A DNA stretch of 45,371 nt, taken from NCBI GenBank assembly GCA_012862495.1, contig BLSG01000411.1:298411-343781 (forward strand), written 5' to 3'. The stretch is from Thraustochytrium aureum (taxonomy: Eukaryota). Below are positions 40,200 through 45,371 of the stretch, in pieces; the first letter of the stretch is position 1, and every line of letters begins with the position of its first letter. The notes under the pieces are model-generated. The model was given only the letters and a program-made list of their open reading frames with translations. It made no database searches and was not told the origin of the DNA. Both the position numbers and the translations under genes were made by a program.

Positions 40200-41669
40200 C
40201 TACAAGTTTCGAGTCGCATGCTGAAACGAGGGGCTGAGCATCGTGCGCACCGCAGTCCATGAATACGTTTCGATCCGGTCCGTGTTTGGAAAGTGTACGC
40301 GGAAAAGCGGGTCCTTCCCTGAGCGCGGTGGTGGCGGCATAATGGCCACCACCTCGCCGGGCTCGCCGTCCTCGCCGTGCACCTTTTGGCTAAGGAAAAG
40401 GTCCCCAATAAATGCCACAGACCACGGGAGGTCCTGCTGCTGCATGTCCGAGGTAAATATGACATGGGTTTGGTCAGGGCGGTCCTTGGACTCGATCAGC
40501 GCGGGGAAGTACTTTTCGATCTGCTCGGCCACATTGATGCTGTGCAGCGAGCCGTGGAGCCCTGCAGTGAGGGACTTGATCATGTATTCGCACGTTTTTT
40601 CGCCGCTGAATTTGCCAATGACGTACCACATCATGAGCGTGCGAAAGTTTTGCTCTTCGAGGTGGACACGGGCAAGGAGCATACGCGTCGCTCCGTTGCC
40701 CGAGATGATCTGCACGGCCTCCACGAGCGGGGCGAGAACAGAGTCCTTGGAAAGCATGTGGTCGATAACATTTTGGAGCGAAGGGGCGAGAAGCGCTTTA
40801 CGGCGAGTCCGACGCGAGAAAGGCTCCGAAGGCCCGAGCGGCCCCGCCTCCAGCCCGTCCAGTCCGTCCGGCGTGCCGTCCCGCGAAGACTTCCAGAGGT
40901 CGACTTCGCCGGCGAAGTACAGGCGGATGATGCGAAACGACCGACGCACCTCGTCTGAAACGGCGTGGCTGGGGAGGTTGTTTTCCTCGAGCTTTTCGTC
41001 GAGGTTGTGAAACTCGCGCCGTGCGCGCTTAGGGTGTGGCAGCAAGGCGGACGGGGCGGACGTCGAGGAGGTCTGGACCGCGTGCGGCTGCAGCTCGTGA
41101 TTGAGCGGTGGTATCGCGTCTTGCAGTAGATTCTGCTCGGAAACGGGGTCATCGCGGCCAAGGTGGTCCTCCTGGTGGTCGGGGTCCACAAGGTGGGACG
41201 GTTGAGGGGATTTGGGCGCTGCGACGTCGTGCACGCCGTCCAGCAGCGAGCCGCGCTTATCGACGAGCCCACCGTCCACAAACTGGATGAGGCGCCGGTT
41301 TTGCAGGCTGTCCTTGACTCTGCGGTTGTCAAACCACTTGTTGACGGCTTGCAGCGAGAGGTCCAGCTGCATGGCGAGCTTTTCTTTCGCCGCGCGCCCG
41401 TGGCGGCCGCGCGGGACCATGCCCGACTGAAAGGCTTGCTCAAGCCGCTCGCGAACTTTCGGCTCGAGCGGGACGCGCTTCTTGCGCAGGTACGTTTTCC
41501 CATTGCAGCGAAACCGGTGGAGCTCTTGCTTGTCGAGCTTGCGCTTTATGTCGTGCGCGGCTTCGTCGTCGAGTTTGTCGATTCCCTTGATAGGCCCGAG
41601 CTCCTGGATTATCTCTGTTACAGGCTCCCCGCCGTGGCCGCCGTCGTGCTCGTCGTGCTCGTCCATCAT
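40200..41669 (-). CDS. Atypical homeodomain protein with a C-terminal Tudor/SH3-like domain
   Basis: KKRVPLEPKVRERLEQAF...KEKLAMQLDLSLQAVNKWFDNRRVK is a homeodomain. The C-terminal GEVVAIMP...PLFRVHFPNTDRIETYSW looks like a Tudor-type barrel. First ATG is 41669. Confidence 0.82.
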   Translation of the reverse strand: MMDEHDEHDGGHGGEPVTEIIQELGPIKGIDKLDDEAAHDIKRKLDKQELHRFRCNGKTYLRKKRVPLEPKVRERLEQAFQSGMVPRGRHGRAAKEKLAMQLDLSLQAVNKWFDNRRVKDSLQNRRLIQFVDGGLVDKRGSLLDGVHDVAAPKSPQPSHLVDPDHQEDHLGRDDPVSEQNLLQDAIPPLNHELQPHAVQTSSTSAPSALLPHPKRARREFHNLDEKLEENNLPSHAVSDEVRRSFRIIRLYFAGEVDLWKSSRDGTPDGLDGLEAGPLGPSEPFSRRTRRKALLAPSLQNVIDHMLSKDSVLAPLVEAVQIISGNGATRMLLARVHLEEQNFRTLMMWYVIGKFSGEKTCEYMIKSLTAGLHGSLHSINVAEQIEKYFPALIESKDRPDQTHVIFTSDMQQQDLPWSVAFIGDLFLSQKVHGEDGEPGEVVAIMPPPPRSGKDPLFRVHFPNTDRIETYSWTAVRTMLSPSFQHATRNL

Positions 41670-41734
41670 TTCGCCTCTCACAAGCGCACCCCCGTCGCAA
41701 GCAGCCTCGGCCAGGCCGCTCCGCTCGCGCTACT

Positions 41735-41995
41735 CGTCCGTCCGTCCGTCCGTCCGTGTGCGACTCGCCTGGCAACCCGCTCTGTGCCCGCGCCGTCCGC
41801 CAGCGCGCCGCGCGAGCCCAGCGCGCAGGTTGGTGAGATAGATCGATCAGTCTCTGCCGTCTGTGCTCTTGCGCGTGCGCCAGCTCGCCCTGTCAGCTAT
41901 CAACAGCCCGCCAATCAACCCGCACGTACGCACATACGCAGGCACGCACGCACGCACGCACGCACGCACACCTGCCTGCCTGCCTGCCTGCCTGC
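41735..41995. repeat. Microsatellite cluster (CGTC)n, (GCAC)n, (CCTG)n upstream of the homeobox gene
   Basis: cgtccgtccgtccgtccgtccgt at ~41735-41757; gcacgcac... at ~41942-41969 abutting cctgcctg... at 41971-41995. Confidence 0.9.
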
Positions 41996-42362
41996 GTCCC
42001 TGCAAGGCCTCCTGCTCCCGTTTGGTGTCTACCGGCGCCCCTCAATCCAGTGTCGCTCGCGCCTCCGGTTTTCCTCTGTGCGAGTGGCAGTGCTGTCGCT
42101 AGTGACGTGAGGGGACTTGCCGTGACGGGGTCTGGATGCCTGCCTGCGAGGCGCTGAGAGTATACCGAGTGGTTCATGGAGAGTGCTTTCCGGATGCGAT
42201 GCGCTGCTTCAAGGTCGCGCTCGAGGCGATCGGGCTTGCTCTGGCGTTGGCGCCAGGAGGCGCCGCATCGCAGACACGGGCGAGGTTCACAGCGGGAAAC
42301 ATCGTGTTGTTGTCGTTATTCATCAATCTCAAATGGAAGACAGGACCAATCACATCGCGTCT

Positions 42363-42391
42363 GTCAGTCTCAGTCAGTCAGTCAGTCAGTC
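42363..42391. repeat. (CAGT)n microsatellite just 3' of the kinase stop
   Basis: gtcagtctcagtcagtcagtcagtcagtc, read directly. Confidence 0.85.
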
Positions 42392-42397
42392 ATGTTG

Positions 42398-45316
42398 TCA
42401 AAAGTCGCGGCACCAGTCCTCGGAGCCAGAGTACGTTGCCCAGGTGGCGTCCGGCTCAAAGTCGTCGAAGAGGCTGGCATCTGTCTTGCTGCGCAGGACA
42501 GGTTGGTAAGGCGGGATCCAACTGCGAGCCCGAAGGTCCTCCCACCCCGAAGAAGGAATGCCGAAGAAGGGGTGGCGCTTGATGTCTTGCGCGCCGTCCT
42601 TGAGGCAGCCGAGGCGCTGATGCGCATTTTTCACGAGCAGTTTGCGAATGAGGTGCTCGACAGGGCGCGAGTTGAGCGAGGGGCGGCGTGTGGCGAGCGC
42701 CGAAGACGACCCCTTGGAGCGGCCCGAGCGCTCGGTTGCCTTGGCCTGGTTGAATACGTAGTTGACCTCGCGCTCCGAGAGCGTGGAGGGCGGAGTGAGC
42801 TCGGTCTCCCGGATGGCGGCCTCGAGCTGGTCGTAGTCGACCTTGCCGGCTACGATGGCGCGGCAGACCTCGATCGAGTCGTCCGAGTACTGGTCCGCGA
42901 ACGGGGAGATGCCCGCGAGCATCTCGTAGATGAGAATGCCGACCGCCCAAAAGTCGACACCCTTGTCGTGGCCCTTGGACAGGATAATCTCGGGCGCCAA
43001 GTACTCGGGGGTCCCGCAGAGCGTGAAGGTCTTGCCGGAGATGCGCTTGGCAAACCCAAAGTCGGCGATCTTGACAAAGCCCTGCGCGTCGATGAGCACG
43101 TTCTCAGGCTTGAGGTCGCGGTAGACAAAGTTGAGCGAGTGCATGTAGTCGAGGGCGTCGACGATGCAGGCCGAGTAGAACTGGGCGTGCGGCAGAGGCA
43201 GCCGGTAGTGCTGCTGCATGATCGAGAACAGCTCGCCGCCCTGCACAAAGTCCAGCAGCATGTACAGCGAGTCGCGGTCCTGGAAGGTGGCGAACAGCTG
43301 GAGGATGAACGGGTGGCGCAGCTCTTGTAGCACGAGCTTTTCGTTGACCACGTTGCGCGTCTGGTCACAATCGACAATGTGCGCCTTGTTCATAACCTTG
43401 AGCGCCCACACGCCCTGCACGGGGGCCTTGTTCGTGGACTCTACGAGGTACACGGTGCCAAACGTGCCCTTGCCCAAGATCTTGGACTTTGAGAGGTCCT
43501 TGAGCGAGAGCCGCGAATAGTCGTGCAGCGCAGTGCTGAAGCGCTTGCTCCGGTTCTCCTCTGCGCGGCGCGCAGAGGTGTTGAGCAGGAGGTCCGACTT
43601 GCGCGAGAGCACCTTGAAGGCGTCGAAGGAGAGCGCGAAGCACTCCACCTCGCCCACGGCGACGCAGGTGGCCGAGCGAGGCTCGTTGTTGAGCAAGGCC
43701 ATCTCGCCAAACCACTCGCCCTCGTGCAGCGTGGCGATCTTGGCCCCAAAGCCCTCGCGCGTCTCCTCGGCGGACTTGCGCGCAGACCCCGAGGGGACCG
43801 GCGAGGAGCTCGCTTGCGAGCTCGTCTCGGAGGCCGTAACGCTCGCCTCGCTGTGGTGGCCGTTGCTGCCGCTTCCGGCGCCCAGCTCCACGGAGAGCAC
43901 GTCGACCATGCCTGAGCGCACGACGAAAAACCTGTCGCCGACGTCGCCCTCGTAAAAGATGGGCTCCTGGTCCTTGAAAAAGACCACCTCGAACTGGTTG
44001 ATCACCTTGCGACGCAAGCCCTTGGGGAGCTGCTGCAGGATAGGGACGGCCTCCACGACGCGCGACTTCATCGTCTCGTCCATGAGGGCGCGCAGGGGGC
44101 CGAGAAGCTCGGTGAAGCTCTTCTTGCTTAGGCAGAGCAGCACAGAGTCCTTGGTGGTGGTCACGTCTGCTGCGCGCGGCTCGTCTGTGAGAAGGGCGCG
44201 TTCGCCAAAGTACGAGCCTGGCCCGAGCTCGATCTGGCCGAGTCCCTCGCTGCCGATGTTGGAGCAGTTGACCGTGCCGGACTTGATAAAGTACAAGACC
44301 GACCCGTGGTCTCCCTTTCGGATGATTCTCTGGTCCGCTTTCACGCGCACCATCTCCATCGCGTCTACGACCTTGTCGAGCTGGCCAGGCGTGAGGAATT
44401 CGGCTAGCATCGGTATTGCCTCCACGGCAGCACGGAACTCGTCGCGGTTGCTGATCAGCTGCGAGGTGATGATGTGCCTGTACGTGGTGCGATCCAGGGC
44501 CCAGACGTACGCATACTTGGACGAGCCCGCCCCAGCCGCCGTTGCGCCCTCGTCGTCCTGGTTGTCGCCCGAGACGCACTTGATGGTTGCCTCGGCCCGG
44601 GAGACGAAGAGAAGGGCGCTCTCCGCGAAAAACGGCTCTGGGCAGGCGCCGCTGCGCACCGAGGTGACGGTCCCGTTTACGGAGACCTCGAACGTGCCCG
44701 CCTCGATCAGGTAAAAGCAGTCAGATTTCTTGCCCTGTGTCACCACGCTCGAGCCCGCCTTGACCTTCTCGCGCCACATGTAGGCCACAAGCTCGTTGCG
44801 GTCCACCTCGGCCAGGTCACTGAAGAGGTAGCACTTTGAGAGCGCCTCGACGAGCACTGCCGCCTGCTCGTCCGTCTTGGCCGTCTTGGTCCGCGTGGGT
44901 GCGCCCTTGTCCTTCGAGTTGAAGCCCCGCGCAAAGACGGCTTTGCGCACCTTGCCGCTCTTTTTGTCCTTGCCGGTCCCGCCGCCGGTCCCGCCGCCGC
45001 TTCCGCCGCCGCTTCCGCCGCTCACCGCGCTCCAGCTCGTCTCGAGCTGCTGCTCGTGCTCGTGCTCATGCTGCTGCTGCTGCTGTGCTCTCCGCCGGGT
45101 CTCGGACCCGTTGATTGTCACCGGGTACGTCTCTATCGCCGAGTGTACTTCGGACGAGGAGAGCACGATCTCGCCGCCGTGGGCATCTGCAAGCGCAGCA
45201 TCATCCGCCGAGAGGTGCTCGGACGTCTCGATGCCAGCCCCGTTCACGTCATTCAAGTCCAAGTTGATAGTGTGGTCATAGACGTCCTTCTTGCTCGTGC
45301 TGTTTCCGCAGCCCAT
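42398..45316 (-). CDS. Cyclic-nucleotide-dependent protein kinase (PKG-like): N-acylation signal, 3 cNMP-binding domains, AGC kinase domain
   Basis: MGCGNS N-terminus. cNMP cassettes FFAESALL, YFGERALLTDEPRAAD, WFGEMALLNNEPRSAT. Kinase motifs LGKGTFG, ALK, YRDLKPEN, DFGFAK, TFTLCGTPEYLAPE; PKG-like end DWCRDF. Confidence 0.95.
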   Translation of the reverse strand: MGCGNSTSKKDVYDHTINLDLNDVNGAGIETSEHLSADDAALADAHGGEIVLSSSEVHSAIETYPVTINGSETRRRAQQQQQHEHEHEQQLETSWSAVSGGSGGGSGGGTGGGTGKDKKSGKVRKAVFARGFNSKDKGAPTRTKTAKTDEQAAVLVEALSKCYLFSDLAEVDRNELVAYMWREKVKAGSSVVTQGKKSDCFYLIEAGTFEVSVNGTVTSVRSGACPEPFFAESALLFVSRAEATIKCVSGDNQDDEGATAAGAGSSKYAYVWALDRTTYRHIITSQLISNRDEFRAAVEAIPMLAEFLTPGQLDKVVDAMEMVRVKADQRIIRKGDHGSVLYFIKSGTVNCSNIGSEGLGQIELGPGSYFGERALLTDEPRAADVTTTKDSVLLCLSKKSFTELLGPLRALMDETMKSRVVEAVPILQQLPKGLRRKVINQFEVVFFKDQEPIFYEGDVGDRFFVVRSGMVDVLSVELGAGSGSNGHHSEASVTASETSSQASSSPVPSGSARKSAEETREGFGAKIATLHEGEWFGEMALLNNEPRSATCVAVGEVECFALSFDAFKVLSRKSDLLLNTSARRAEENRSKRFSTALHDYSRLSLKDLSKSKILGKGTFGTVYLVESTNKAPVQGVWALKVMNKAHIVDCDQTRNVVNEKLVLQELRHPFILQLFATFQDRDSLYMLLDFVQGGELFSIMQQHYRLPLPHAQFYSACIVDALDYMHSLNFVYRDLKPENVLIDAQGFVKIADFGFAKRISGKTFTLCGTPEYLAPEIILSKGHDKGVDFWAVGILIYEMLAGISPFADQYSDDSIEVCRAIVAGKVDYDQLEAAIRETELTPPSTLSEREVNYVFNQAKATERSGRSKGSSSALATRRPSLNSRPVEHLIRKLLVKNAHQRLGCLKDGAQDIKRHPFFGIPSSGWEDLRARSWIPPYQPVLRSKTDASLFDDFEPDATWATYSGSEDWCRDF

Positions 45317-45371
45317 CCTCGCCGCGCGGCACAGCGCCGCTCAGCTGGCCAACCCAGACCTGGCCAGCCCG

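Noticed and set aside
1..45371. Alternative genetic code; tRNA or rRNA genes
   Set aside because: Conserved genes end at TGA or TAG at the expected positions with no internal stops. No RNA gene was recognisable by eye; a covariance-model search was not possible.

Overview
A gene-dense, GC-rich, intron-poor eukaryotic scaffold with 11 N-gaps. The lineage is inferred, not proven: a flagellated protist, probably a stramenopile such as a thraustochytrid. Housekeeping genes: DUF1664 protein, RABL6, mitochondrial lipoyl synthase (1 intron), a BORCS6-like subunit (1 intron), RPN12, a TCP11-family protein, a TACC-like coiled-coil protein, an RI-type LRR protein, condensin II CAP-D3 and a dually acylated PKG-like kinase. 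The most notable items follow. (1) An uninterrupted minus-strand ORF (1640 to <1) that is absent from the supplied ORF track and carries the motif series of a Crypton/Ndc10-II tyrosine recombinase, with the usual HxxR replaced by KxxR. (2) A 5'-truncated Crinkler-like NTPase-tail/REase gene beside a decayed unknown gene, part of which recurs 3.2 kb away. (3) A 3008-aa ARM/EF-like protein ending in a RyR-repeat domain. (4) One IQ-WW-LRR-TPR gene that the ORF track splits into pieces. (5) An atypical homeodomain (Asp50, 4-aa insertion) with a Tudor-like C-terminus. (6) Recurrent (CTAG)n arrays just 3' of genes. (7) An 84-bp tandem duplication spanning the stop codons of two convergent genes. Four frameshifts fall in short homopolymers and are probably sequencing errors. 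All family calls are by-eye motif recognition; no database searches were run.
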